From the IMG/VR virus record IMGVR_UViG_3300030102_007128: DNA of 64,000 nt; one strand, written 5' to 3'. Of this stretch, positions 12,285-23,430 are shown piece by piece (position 1 is the first letter of the stretch; each line of letters begins with the position of its first letter). The notes below the pieces were generated by a model. It was not told where the DNA came from, did no database searches, and was given only the letters and a program-made list of their open reading frames with translations. The stretch comes from an uncultured virus (IMG/VR IMGVR_UViG_3300030102_007128). Its lineage: Duplodnaviria; Heunggongvirae; Uroviricota; Caudoviricetes. A program made the position numbers and the translations under genes.

Positions 12285-14636
12285 ATGAAGAAATTTTTAG
12301 ACACATTCGAAGATAAAAATGTATCTGATTTGATATCAGTATTTCCTCAATATGCAGAATTATTTGAAGAAATAGATAATTTAGATAGACAAACATCTAA
12401 TAATGTTTCAAGTCAAGTAAAGCAAGAGTATTTGTCAATTATAGATAGTTTAGATAATTTCTTGTTTAGAAATGAAAATTTACAAAAACTTGGAGTAAAA
12501 GAGAGGCTAAATATAGCAGAAACCATATCATCTGAATTTGCAGAAAAAACATTAGAAGAAGAATTAGAAGAGATAACGAAAAACATTGACAAGTCAATAA
12601 TTCAACAACAGGTCAAAAAAGACATTGAAGAAAAATCAAAATCTGGGGTTGATTTAAGTGAACTAAAAGAAATAACTCGTGATATTATTGATGTTGAAAA
12701 TCAATATTATGGTTTAAGTTTTGAAAGAAAAGACATAAGTGAATATTCTTTTTACAAAGTTTTAAGTGTGTTGAACATTGGTATAAAATATTATAACGGT
12801 AGTTCAAGTGGTAGACATTTTGTTATGATTAAACTAACAAATGATGATAGATTGATTTTACAGGTAGAAGAGCCTATTGTTAATTATAAAAGAATATTTG
12901 CTTATACTGAAAAGCCTTTAGATGTTTATGTATTATCGAAAACAAAAGAGAGGGCTGAATATATATATAATATGTTAGAGCCAACTTTTTCAGAAAACAC
13001 AAGTTATAAAGACACAAAATCTTTTATTAGTGATTTTGATTTATTTAATAAACCATTATTTATAGGAGCGTATCAAGATGACTTTTTTTATGAAGAAGCA
13101 GAACTTCTTTTACAACCAGATTTCTTATTAAAAAGACAATCATTGATAAAACAAAACTTTAATTTGCACTATCCTTTAGAATACATATTAACTCTTATGT
13201 ATTGCGATAGTATCTATGATGTTCAAAGTAGAGATGGTCAAAGAACTTATGAAGAAATAAGAGATTTAATAAAAAACGCTATTGACACAAAACAATTTAG
13301 AATAGAAAGAATAGGTGATGTTCCTCACACTAAAAATATATTAGAAAAATTACAAAATCTTAATTTAATAGATGAAAATTATTCTTTAACATCTATGGGT
13401 AAATCAGTAAGTTTATATCAGTCAAAAAGTTTTACAATTAATCAAAAGTTTAGTCCTACATTTTATTATTACGCTGATATAAAAAACACATTTAGTAATT
13501 CAAAAAATAAATTTTGTTCTGATTTCAACGGAACCATAATATATCACACAGGAGATACTATTAGTAAAATATCTTACGCTATATTCTTAAACACAAAATT
13601 ACTTAACGACTTTAATTTTAATAAAGCCAAGCAGATAGACACTTTTGCAAGTGCCTGGCAAGCAAAACAAAATTTTAATTCTTATGTGGAATACAAGCCA
13701 TTCGCATCAAGGTCAAAATTAGAGTTTTATGCAAGAAAATCTGAAGAAAAGATGAGAGGTTTAGAAAACAAATTAAACTTCAGAAATAATGATATGTATG
13801 ACTTGGCTGTAACTAATCCTACAACAAAATATACTTATTTACTAAATTCTTCTATATATAATGCAATACTAAAAATACATAGTGATAAAAAAATAATCAT
13901 AATGGGACCTGATTATGCGCCATTAGACAACAAAACACCACTATATTTTATGTTAGTTGATGAAAAAAATAATCTTTTAGCCGTAATGAAACCCTTACAT
14001 TCTGTAACTAAAAGTGAAAAAGGCGTAGGCGTTGGTCAATTAGATTTTGAACTTACCAATTTTTATCAATCATTACCAACAAATCAAAATCCAGAGCCTG
14101 TTTGGGATTTCGATAATGTATATAAAGAAATATCAAATTCTGCGCCTGAAATCATAGAAAAAGGAGTTATAACAAATGATATAGGAGATTTGTCAAAAGA
14201 TAGTGATGTAGAACCTGCTATTGAAGAAACTACAATACAAGAAGAGGATGACTTTATAAGTGCAGATGTTTATGATGCTAAAAAGGCAGGAACATATGTA
14301 GAAGAAGAAAAAGAAGAAGAGAACGAAGATTTACAAAACGAAATAGATTTACTTGAAGAAACATTAGAGGTTTTACCAGAAGATGAAGAGATTAAAGAAG
14401 AATTAGAACGAAAAAGAGAAGAGTTGTTAAATTCTCAAAAAGAAGAAGCAATAATAGAGGAAAAAATTGAACTTGAAGATGATGATTTTGATTTAGATAT
14501 AGATTTAGAAGATTTTACTGAAGAAGAGCCTGTTGGTGAAGAAGAGGTGGAGAAAATTTTAGATGAACAAATAAAACCTATAAAACAAAGAGAAGAAGAA
14601 GAGTTAGACCTTGATGATATAGATTTTGATATATAA
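12285..14636 (+). CDS. Large hypothetical protein with very acidic C-terminus
   Basis: 783-aa ORF abutting the helicase stop; D/E-rich tail. Confidence 0.75.
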   Translation: MKKFLDTFEDKNVSDLISVFPQYAELFEEIDNLDRQTSNNVSSQVKQEYLSIIDSLDNFLFRNENLQKLGVKERLNIAETISSEFAEKTLEEELEEITKNIDKSIIQQQVKKDIEEKSKSGVDLSELKEITRDIIDVENQYYGLSFERKDISEYSFYKVLSVLNIGIKYYNGSSSGRHFVMIKLTNDDRLILQVEEPIVNYKRIFAYTEKPLDVYVLSKTKERAEYIYNMLEPTFSENTSYKDTKSFISDFDLFNKPLFIGAYQDDFFYEEAELLLQPDFLLKRQSLIKQNFNLHYPLEYILTLMYCDSIYDVQSRDGQRTYEEIRDLIKNAIDTKQFRIERIGDVPHTKNILEKLQNLNLIDENYSLTSMGKSVSLYQSKSFTINQKFSPTFYYYADIKNTFSNSKNKFCSDFNGTIIYHTGDTISKISYAIFLNTKLLNDFNFNKAKQIDTFASAWQAKQNFNSYVEYKPFASRSKLEFYARKSEEKMRGLENKLNFRNNDMYDLAVTNPTTKYTYLLNSSIYNAILKIHSDKKIIIMGPDYAPLDNKTPLYFMLVDEKNNLLAVMKPLHSVTKSEKGVGVGQLDFELTNFYQSLPTNQNPEPVWDFDNVYKEISNSAPEIIEKGVITNDIGDLSKDSDVEPAIEETTIQEEDDFISADVYDAKKAGTYVEEEKEEENEDLQNEIDLLEETLEVLPEDEEIKEELERKREELLNSQKEEAIIEEKIELEDDDFDLDIDLEDFTEEEPVGEEEVEKILDEQIKPIKQREEEELDLDDIDFDI

Positions 14637-14648
14637 AAACACAATAAA

Positions 14649-17600
14649 ATGAAAAAATTACCAAAAAGATTTACGGTTACGAAAAAACAAACAATAGACG
14701 GACAAACATATAATGTTGGAGATTACGCCTTAAAGAAAAAAAGAGCAGGAGGAGGAGTATATCTAAATATGGATAATGGGGAAATGTTAGGTGTTGATAG
14801 TGATAATATATCTAAATTGACTGAAAAGTTTGAAAAAGGTGGAGATATAAACAACTATAAATACTCATTAAGAGTAATAGAGGGACAGGTTGAGCCTTTG
14901 GGTTTTAATAATATACAAGATTATTTGAGTTCGGTATCTGAAACTGAAGGTTTTGAAAGTGCTTTTTACAATGAAAAAGATGGTAGAATATATACAAACT
15001 CTAAAGAATTTTATGATTTCATAGAAGATGATGCGGTAGGGTATGCAAAAGGTGGTTCGGTATACTCACAAATGAACTTAACTAAATCTGAATTGAAAGA
15101 AAAAGAAGAATTAAAAAAAGTAGTAAGTAAATCATTTGATTGGTATACTTATAAAAAAGGAAGAGCCTGGACTACTTCAGATACTAAAAAATTAGCAGAA
15201 AAACTATCTCAAAATATAAAATCTTTGAAAGAGTTTCCACAAGTATTGAATAGAGTTAATATAAGAGAGTTTATTGATGAGTTGGAAGGATATTCAGTTC
15301 CAAAAAACAAAGGTATAAATTATGTAACCGAAAGTTTATATTCTTACTTTATGAAAGGAGATGGATATGCAAAAGGTGGAAAGTTAAGTAGTAATGACAA
15401 AAAGTCAATAGATGAATTTATAGAAGAAGATATTTCAATGAGTGATAAGTATGATGATATGGGATTAGAAACACCTGATTATGAAGAATATGCTAACGAA
15501 ATTACTGAACAAGGAGTAGTAGATAAATCTAAAAAGAAAGATGTATTAAAATATATTAAATCAACACTTGGAAAAAGAGATGAGTATATTAAGTATTGGC
15601 AAGAAGAAGATTATGCAAAAGGTGGCAGTATTGATAAAAAAATAGATGAAGTAGAAAGAAGTATTGATAATGAAACAGATATGGAAAGAATGGAAGAACT
15701 CTATGAAGAGTTAGAAGTTTTAGAAGAGGAAAAAGAACAACAATTATCAAAACAAAAAATGATGTTTGGCGGAACTACATCTATGCCAAGAGGAAGTGGT
15801 TGGGGAGATTATGAAAAAGGAGATAGAGTATTAAAGAAAAAAGATTTAATACCAGGAAATATGTATCTATCTTATAGTGGGCAGTTTGACGCTAAAAATG
15901 TAGTTTATATAATGCCTTTAAGAGATGGAAATCAGTTTTTTACAGACAAAATATTTTTTGTATATGTAGACCCAAAATCTAAAACCCCTAAATTAAGAGA
16001 TGAATATGATAAAGTGGTAAATATAGATGAAAGTGATTTGCGAGATAATGTTATGAATTATAATTTCTACAAGATAAAAAATCATAAATATAAGAAGCCT
16101 TCTAAATTCGACCACGGAGGAATAATTACAAGTAAAAGAGATTTAGATTTAGTTGTAGGTGCGATGATGAAGATAGCAGTAGATAATGATTGTACCAAAA
16201 ATGATAGTTATTGGACAAAAGAACGAAAAGATAGATTATCATCTTTAGCAGTTGATATGTTAAATAAACACAAACATATGTATATGAAAAAAGAATATGG
16301 TGTGGGTGGTGTATTAGCAGGTGCTTTAGTCGGTGGGTATATTGGTTATAAATATGGATTAATACAAGAACAAAGAAAACTTGAAGATTTATTTAGAACA
16401 GAGAAAAAACTCGCTAAAGAATACAAACAAAAATATGATGATAGAAAGAAAAAATATGAAGAAGGCGGTTCTGTTATGAACCCTGATACGCCTAAAATAT
16501 ATGTGGCTGACTTAAAAGCGTATAATGAAGGCAAGTTAATAGGTGAGTGGATAGATTTAACTGATTATAGTGATGGATATGAAGTTCAAGAAAAAATTGA
16601 TGAACTTATGAGTGATTATAGTGATAAATATCATAGTGGAGAAGAAACAGAACACGCTATACACGATTACGAAAACTTTGATAGTAGTTTATATAGTGAA
16701 TATATGGGGGAAAGAGAATACGATATTATCATACAAACTCACAATATTTCAGAAGACAAAGACATACCTGCTGAAGTTTTACAAACAATTATGAATGATT
16801 TTAGTGAGGCTGAAGATAATTTAGAAGAATTTGTAGATGATAGATATGTAGGAGAGTTTGATAATGATAGTGAAATAGGAGAGTATTATGTAGATATGGT
16901 AGGCGGTATTGAAGGAGTTTCAAATCCTGAATACTATTTTGATTATGAGGCTTTAGGAAGAGATTTATCAATTAATGACTACAACGAATATGACAATCAC
17001 TATTTTAGAAACTATAAAAAAGGAGGAGAGATAAAAGAATATGATTTGTCTAAATATGAAAAAGGTGGAGCATTAGAAAAAGAATTTAAGTTTGACAAGA
17101 ATTTTGTTATATATGTTCCTTCAACATCTGATGTGGGAAATAAAGTATCTAAAAGAGTAGATGAAGTAGAGAAGTATGTCGCTAATGAGTTTGGTGGTTA
17201 TACAGAAACAGAGACCGATGGAGGTTATAAATCAACATCAGGGGAGATAATAGAAGAAGATATAGTTAAGATATCAGTATTTGCCAACAATAAAGATTGG
17301 AAAAAGAATGAAAGTAAAGTGGTTTCTAAAGTAAAAGAATGGGCTACAAAATGGGGGCAAGAAGCCATAGGGTTTGAATACGAGGGAGATTTATACTATA
17401 TAGATGAAGAGGGTAAATTTGCAAAAGGTGGTAGTGTTTCCACACTAAAAACAGAATATATTAAATTCTTAAAAGATAATGATGTTGATGTTGATAAATT
17501 AAAATTTAGATATAGAAAAGTTGGAACTTATGGAGATGAAGAAATTTGGACACACGACAAAAAAAGTGGTCGTTCAGGTTTTGTAATAACAAGAGATGAT

Positions 17601-18262
17601 TTTGAAAGCATTAAAAAAGATGACCCTAAAGATTTTGTTTATGGTTATAGTTTACCCACAAAATATGCAAAAGGTGGTGTAACCGTGGGTTTTTATGATG
17701 AAGGACAAAAATCAATGAGATTTCAACAATTTGATAATAGAGAAGAAACTAAAAAGTTTTTAGAAAAAGAGGGTATGAAAGAGGTTAAAAAAGACCCTAA
17801 AACAAGAAAAGAATTTAAGTTTTATGCAAAAGGTGGTAGTGTTTCGTATGATAAAATGAATAATGTAGATAGTAATCAGTATAGAATGATTGAAAGAGCA
17901 GTTAGAGGTAGAGATGTTTTATTACGAACAAAAGGCGATAAAATATTTGTTATTGATGAAAGAAATGACAAAATATATGAATACGAAATATATGGCAAAC
18001 AAAAAATAGAGGATTTTGTTGATAAACTAAAATCAAGTTATGCAAAAGGTGGAGTGATTAAAAAAGGAGATTATGTTAGAGATGCGAGAGGAGAGTTAGG
18101 GTTAGTAAACAAAGTTAAGAAAGGAATTGCCTATGTAAAATACCCTTCAACTAATCCAAATGCTTTTGAGCCTGTCTTTTTACNNNNNNNNNNCACGAAA
18201 TAAAAGAAACAAAAGATATGCACAAAGGAAGAAAAGTATATACAGATTTTTATGATAAATAA
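14649..18262 (+). CDS. Modular polyprotein with 14 [YFM]xxGG linkers; includes an ArdA module and a glycine-zipper hydrophobic segment
   Basis: Linkers FEKGG, YAKGG x6, MMFGG, FDHGG, YGVGG, YEEGG, YKKGG, YEKGG, FAKGG. After the gap at 18184-18193 a frame reads HEIKETKDM...YDK to a stop at 18262. Confidence 0.75.
16470..17012 (+). other. ardA: ArdA antirestriction domain embedded between two GG linkers
   Basis: TPKIYVADLKAYNEGKLIGEWIDL...EHAIHDYEN...YFDYEALGRDL...YFRN. These are the hallmark ArdA N- and C-terminal motifs, about 180 aa, very acidic. Confidence 0.85.
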
Positions 18263-18265
18263 GAT

Positions 18266-20155
18266 ATGAAAAAAAGAAATATAAAAGAAGAAAACGAAAG
18301 AGTTGAGAAAGATTTTCCTAAAAATCCTGACAATATATCAAAAGATGAATTACACGAACATTTTGATTTAGACCAAGATGGAAAAGTAACTCTTGAAGAA
18401 TATGCAGAACATATTGACTTTCATTGTGAAAATCCAGCAGTTTTACAAGATGAATTAGATTATGAGAGGGGTTTTATGTATAAAGATGGAGGTAAAGTAA
18501 AAGAACTCAAAGAATATCTTGCTGAATTGTTGAAAGAGTATAAAGAAAATTATAGTAGTTTGTCTAACTATGAAAGAAGTGAAATAGCAAGGCTTTTCAT
18601 AGAAAACTTTATCGAATATCAACATTTAACTAAAACAAAAATGTTTAAGAAAGGCGGATTGACACCTGCTAAAGCAAAAAAAATGTTAAAAGATGGAACT
18701 GCCCAAGGAAAACCTTTGACAGATAAACAAAGAAGATATTTTTACGCAGTTTCTAATGAAAAAATGAAAGACGGAGGAGAAACAATTAAAGGTGTTAGTT
18801 TTAGACAATATATACTAAAGTCAAAAGATAAGAGTAAAGCCAACGGATTGTATGTTTATAATCCTTATTACAAGAGATTTGGATATATTAATGATGAAAA
18901 TCTTGATAAAGGCAAAATACCTTATAGAGTAAAAGTTCACTATAATAAGACATCAGGATTAGGTAAAGGAACATTAATGAATATAAACGACTTAATTATA
19001 GTAGATGAGAGAAGATATGATAAAGGAGGTATAGTTTTTCCCGAAAAATTTACTGGTAATGATGATATAGTTTACCTTAAAACCAAAGAGGACTCAAGAG
19101 GTGCTCACTATAACTTATTTTATAAAGGGCATAATATTGATAGAGGTGGATATAGGTTTGGAAGTAAAAAAGAATTAAAAGATTTTGCAGATGATTATGT
19201 TCTTTCTAATCAATTATATAATAAGTTAAGATATGAGAAAGAAGGCGATTATAAATATGAAAAAGGAGGCGAAGTTGATTTGTTCGACAACTATGAAAAA
19301 CTACCATCTAAACCAAAAAATATAATAGATAAGTATATGAAAAAATATGAAGAGGGTAATTACAATTATGAAGATAGTAAAGAGTTTCTTAAAAAAATGG
19401 AAGCCGAGGGATATACTTTTGAGTATGGTTTAGATAATGAGCCTTATGATTTAAGAAAAATGGAAAAAGGTGGTGAGGTAAAGGGCTACAAAAAAACACA
19501 ATCAGAAATTAAAGATNNNNNNNNNNCACCTAATTATGACTATGATTATGAAGATATAGGTCAATTTTCAATGAAAGATGAGAATTGGAAATACTTTACT
19601 CAAGAAGATTTTAGAGATATAGGTAAAGAAATAACAGAAACCGCCTTCAATGGAGATTTAGATGTAGCATATGAAAGTATAGTAAAGCAAAGAAGTTCTT
19701 TTGAAAAAGGAGGTATGACAAAAGAAGATTATCTTAAAAAGAAATTTGATGTAAGAGAATTTGTAGATGAAGATACAGGAGAGTTAGTTCCTATTGAGAT
19801 ACCTATTGATAGAGATAAAAGAGTTTCAAAATCTTATAGTCCTTCTGAAAGAAGAAGAGAAAGAAAAAGAGAACTCAAAGATTTTCAAAGAATGGAAGAA
19901 CTTCAAGATTTACAGGGAGATATAGACACACTTAAGTATAAGTTAGAAGATGAAAAAAAATATTATGATAGTTTGTTTGTAGACCAAGATATAGAGGCAG
20001 GACAAAAAGGGGAAAATTGGAGTGATGATGATGCTAATAGATATGGAGTAATGATGAATGAAAGTGCTGAAAAAATAGCCGCAATCAAACTTTTAATAGA
20101 TAAAAAACAGAAAGAATATAACGAAAAAGAGAGTTCTTATAGTGAATTTTATTAG
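18266..20155 (+). CDS. Second [YFM]xxGG-linker polyprotein with N-terminal EF-hand motif
   Basis: FDLDQDGKVTLEEY; linkers YKDGG, FKKGG, MKDGG, YDKGG, YEKGG, MEKGG, FEKGG; gap at 19517-19526. Confidence 0.7.
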   Translation: MKKRNIKEENERVEKDFPKNPDNISKDELHEHFDLDQDGKVTLEEYAEHIDFHCENPAVLQDELDYERGFMYKDGGKVKELKEYLAELLKEYKENYSSLSNYERSEIARLFIENFIEYQHLTKTKMFKKGGLTPAKAKKMLKDGTAQGKPLTDKQRRYFYAVSNEKMKDGGETIKGVSFRQYILKSKDKSKANGLYVYNPYYKRFGYINDENLDKGKIPYRVKVHYNKTSGLGKGTLMNINDLIIVDERRYDKGGIVFPEKFTGNDDIVYLKTKEDSRGAHYNLFYKGHNIDRGGYRFGSKKELKDFADDYVLSNQLYNKLRYEKEGDYKYEKGGEVDLFDNYEKLPSKPKNIIDKYMKKYEEGNYNYEDSKEFLKKMEAEGYTFEYGLDNEPYDLRKMEKGGEVKGYKKTQSEIKDXXXXPNYDYDYEDIGQFSMKDENWKYFTQEDFRDIGKEITETAFNGDLDVAYESIVKQRSSFEKGGMTKEDYLKKKFDVREFVDEDTGELVPIEIPIDRDKRVSKSYSPSERRRERKRELKDFQRMEELQDLQGDIDTLKYKLEDEKKYYDSLFVDQDIEAGQKGENWSDDDANRYGVMMNESAEKIAAIKLLIDKKQKEYNEKESSYSEFY

Positions 20156-20205
20156 ATAAAAAAAATAAATCACTATAAAATGTAGATTTATATTTTAGAA
20201 AATAA

Positions 20206-20213
20206 TATATTTG
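20206..20213 (+). promoter_or_regulatory. Bacteroidota-type -7 promoter element
   Basis: TATATTTG (TAnnTTTG) in the intergenic gap, 19 nt before ATG 20233. Confidence 0.55.
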
Positions 20214-20232
20214 TAAATTAAAAACATAAAAA

Positions 20233-20790
20233 ATGTCTAAAGAAATTGAAAATTTAGAAGATAAAGTAAAAGGTGCTAAAGTTTTATTAAAAAAATACGA
20301 GAAGGCGAAAAATACAAAGATGATTTCTCGAATTAAAGATAAAATTGAAAGAGATGAGAATAAAATAGCAGAGTTAAAAAAGAAAGACAAAAAAACAGAT
20401 AAGCCTGAAAAGTCAAAAAGTATGTCAATATCTGGCTCTCTATCAAAAGAAAAATGTATAGAGTTTCTTAATCAATTAGCAAAAGACCAAGGAATAGAAA
20501 GAAAGAAAAAAAATATAGCGTCGGGTAGAGCAGATAGTTCGGGCTCACTAAAAGTTAGTGCCTCTTTAGAGAATGAGGCTGAAAGTATAGAAAAAAAAAC
20601 CGAGAAAGGACAGACACTTAATAAAACAGACCAAAAAAAGGTAGGAGTTAATATCGATAAGATAATGACTGAATGTGTCAAAATGATAAGAACAAAAAAG
20701 GATTCTGAAGCACTTATTAGAGATTTGATAAGTAATTTACAATCTTTACTTTCTGATATAAAAGCAGGAAAAATCGAATATGAAGGATAA
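20233..20790 (+). CDS. Lys-rich helical hypothetical protein
   Basis: 185-aa ORF downstream of a promoter-like element. Confidence 0.7.
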   Translation: MSKEIENLEDKVKGAKVLLKKYEKAKNTKMISRIKDKIERDENKIAELKKKDKKTDKPEKSKSMSISGSLSKEKCIEFLNQLAKDQGIERKKKNIASGRADSSGSLKVSASLENEAESIEKKTEKGQTLNKTDQKKVGVNIDKIMTECVKMIRTKKDSEALIRDLISNLQSLLSDIKAGKIEYEG

Positions 20791-20813
20791 TTATTAACTA
20801 AAAACTTTACATT

Positions 20814-21299
20814 ATGTACCCACACCAAGTTTTAATGGAAGAGCAAGAAATCACAAAAAAAGACCTTTCAAAAGAGGCTCAAGGTTTTCTCAAAGATTTT
20901 AATCATAAACTTAACGCCGTCAATATGAAAGTTAAGAGATTAGAAAAACAAGGACACGAGGGAAAGGTAACTGAAGATGATATGGCCAAATTAAATCGTT
21001 TGTCTAAATCTGTCGTATTTCAAATCTATACAGAAATGAAAGAAGATATAGAAAGAAAGAAAAATGAAAAATTAGAAGAAGTTAGACAAAAAGAAGAAGC
21101 CTTAAAAATAAAAAAACAACAAGAAGAAGAAGAGGTAAAAGCAAGAGAAGAGTTAGAAATGCGAAAAAGAAAGATAGAAGAAAATGCAATAAAAGAAGCA
21201 GAAGAATTGGCTGAACAAATTGACCAAAAAGAAGAAAGGGAAAAAATTAAAAAAGTTCAGGAAGAACAGGACAGCAATTTATTTAACTTTTTCTTTTAA
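20814..21299 (+). CDS. Coiled-coil hypothetical protein
   Basis: E/K-rich C-terminal half, ending NLFNFFF. Confidence 0.7.
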   Translation: MYPHQVLMEEQEITKKDLSKEAQGFLKDFNHKLNAVNMKVKRLEKQGHEGKVTEDDMAKLNRLSKSVVFQIYTEMKEDIERKKNEKLEEVRQKEEALKIKKQQEEEEVKAREELEMRKRKIEENAIKEAEELAEQIDQKEEREKIKKVQEEQDSNLFNFFF

Positions 21300-21301
21300 T
21301 T

Positions 21302-22237
21302 ATGGCAAGAAAACGAACAAGAAGTAAAAAGTCGCCAATTGAAAAAAGATTTCAAGCGACAACTCCTAATCATAAATACGGGTTATTACCTGTAAACAAC
21401 CTAACCTATGGAAACCCAAACGCTCAACAAAGTATTTTAGTAGAGAAAAAAGGAGATTTTGACTATATATCAGAGTATTTTTTAGATAAGCCTTATCCAA
21501 ATAACGATGGTAAATACGCTCAAAGTGAATTATCTAAAATTACTCAAGAAATGAAAAAACTTGAATATGACAATGTTATATCTATGTCATATAAGTTTGA
21601 TGAGGATTTGAAAGGTATGTGTGTTGATATGGCTAATAAATGTGGTGTAGGGAATCCTCAAAAATTTGTAGAGAGTGTTTTCAATGATATAGATAGTGTA
21701 ATTATGAAGTTAAAGTTCTATTATAATAGAATTAGACCTTTTCAATTAGCAAACATCTATCAATATCCACTTAATCCTATGCCTACAATAAATGCACAAT
21801 CACCATCATATCCTTCAGGGCATACGGTTCAATCAAAAGTTGTCGCTGATATATTGTCTTATAAATATCCAGATAAATCAGATATATTACAAAAATTTGC
21901 TGAAAAATGTTCAAATTCAAGAATTATATTAGGAGTTCATTTTCCTTCTGATGAAGTTTTTGGTTTACAGGTAGCCGCAGGGATAGTAAAAGACACTAAA
22001 TTTCAAAATAAATATTTTACAAAAAAAGTTTTAAGTCCAGAAATAAACAACCTGGAACAGGATAAAGCACAAGAAATGTTTAGCCCACCTAAAGGCAGAC
22101 AAAGACAAACAATGCAACCTAATATTATAAATAATGAAAGTGAAATTTTTGGAGGGCTTCCTCAAGAAGAAAAACCTATCGACCATCATTTATCAGATAA
22201 TGAAGTTTTTGGGGGTTTACCAAGACAACAAATCTAA
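21302..22237 (+). CDS. PAP2-superfamily acid phosphatase/haloperoxidase-like protein
   Basis: KFYYNRIRP, SYPSGH and SRIILGVHFPSD match the three PAP2 motifs. Confidence 0.85.
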   Translation: MARKRTRSKKSPIEKRFQATTPNHKYGLLPVNNLTYGNPNAQQSILVEKKGDFDYISEYFLDKPYPNNDGKYAQSELSKITQEMKKLEYDNVISMSYKFDEDLKGMCVDMANKCGVGNPQKFVESVFNDIDSVIMKLKFYYNRIRPFQLANIYQYPLNPMPTINAQSPSYPSGHTVQSKVVADILSYKYPDKSDILQKFAEKCSNSRIILGVHFPSDEVFGLQVAAGIVKDTKFQNKYFTKKVLSPEINNLEQDKAQEMFSPPKGRQRQTMQPNIINNESEIFGGLPQEEKPIDHHLSDNEVFGGLPRQQI

Positions 22238-22241
22238 AAAT

Positions 22242-22860
22242 ATGACAGAAAGTAAATATCATTGGATTATAGATGCTGGACACGGCGGTCTTCATCCTGA
22301 AACAAAAGAATATCAAACGAGAGGGAAAAGAAGTCCTAAATTTCCACCTTCAAGTAAATATAAAGGTGAAGTTCTATATGAAGGTGTTAGAAATAGAAAA
22401 GTATTAGAATATCTTAAGCCTTTGTTAGAAAAAGATAACATAGGTTATAGTGTTGTTTCTGAAAAATGGAAAGACATATCATTAAGTGATAGAGTAATCA
22501 AAGCCAATCAAATAGCACAGGAAAAAGATAATTGTATATATCTATCTATACATCATAACGCATATGGAAAAGGGTGGAATAATGCACACGGTATTTCAAC
22601 ATATCACTTTCCAAAATCAGAAAAAGGATTTAGATTGGCGAGTGTTTTTCAAAGTAGAATTGTAGAAGAGATGAAGTGGAGAAGTAGAGGTGTTAAAAAT
22701 GCTAACTTTTATGTATTAAAATATACCAAAATGCCGGCAGTATTAACTGAAAATGGCTTTATGACTAATTTGAAAGAGGCTGAAGTTTTGATGAGTGATA
22801 AAGGAAGTAAAANNNNNNNNNNTTAAAGAGATAAATGAAAGAGGATTAAATTTTTTGTAA
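22242..22860 (+). CDS. N-acetylmuramoyl-L-alanine amidase (Amidase_3 endolysin)
   Basis: IIDAGHGG, YEGVRN, LSIHHNA and MPAVLTENGFMTN. The start at ATG 22242 and the end beyond the N gap (22813-22822) are inferred. Confidence 0.85.
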
Positions 22861-22878
22861 AAAAAAATCCAAAAACCA

Positions 22879-22907
22879 TTGTGAAATAAAAAAAAATTGT
22901 AATTTTG
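22879..22907 (+). promoter_or_regulatory. Bacteroidota sigma-type promoter (-33 TTG / -7 TAnnTTTG)
   Basis: TTG at 22879-22881 and TAATTTTG at 22900-22907, in an intergenic region. Confidence 0.6.
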
Positions 22908-22948
22908 TTCAAGTTTTCACAACTTAAATTGTTTTGACTACTTCTATT

Positions 22949-22974
22949 ATCGGGTTGGTGCCCGATTTTTTTTT
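22949..22974 (+). terminator. Intrinsic terminator
   Basis: ATCGGG-TTGGTG-CCCGAT hairpin followed by a T run. Confidence 0.7.
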
Positions 22975-22976
22975 AT

Positions 22977-23372
22977 ATGATATATCAGAAACACATACCT
23001 GAACCGATAGAAAAAATCATTCTCGGTAAAAACAAAAAATCAACATATTATTTAACTGCCAATCTTTTTTATAGTAGTGTTCATTACGCTGTTAGAAAAA
23101 AAATTGTTGATAAAGTTAAACTATTTCTAAAGCCTTATTTGTTGGATTGCCCCAAGTTAGAAAAAAACATTAGCATCTCAATTGGCTATCAATCCCCTAA
23201 AAAAAGTAAATTTGATTTAGATAATAAAGCGTTTTTTTGGCAAAAAGTCATTTGTGACCTGCTTCAAACAATGGGAAAAATAGAAGATGACAATGTTGAT
23301 TACATCAGGCAAATACATTATTTCTATAAAAAAGGAGATGCTAAATTAATTTTTCAAATAAACCAATTGTAA
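22977..23372 (+). CDS. RusA-like Holliday junction resolvase
   Basis: FDLDN...DLL....IEDDN acidic motif; 131 aa. Confidence 0.7.
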   Translation: MIYQKHIPEPIEKIILGKNKKSTYYLTANLFYSSVHYAVRKKIVDKVKLFLKPYLLDCPKLEKNISISIGYQSPKKSKFDLDNKAFFWQKVICDLLQTMGKIEDDNVDYIRQIHYFYKKGDAKLIFQINQL

Positions 23373-23430
23373 TTTCAATTAATTTTTTTATTATTGTTGT
23401 CGTTAAAAAATAATTTCTAAAATAATTTTT

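Noticed and set aside
15042..18052. CRISPR-like interpretation of the repeated 14-mer
   Set aside because: The repeat is short, in-frame and coding, spaced irregularly by about 150-2000 nt, and there are no cas genes.
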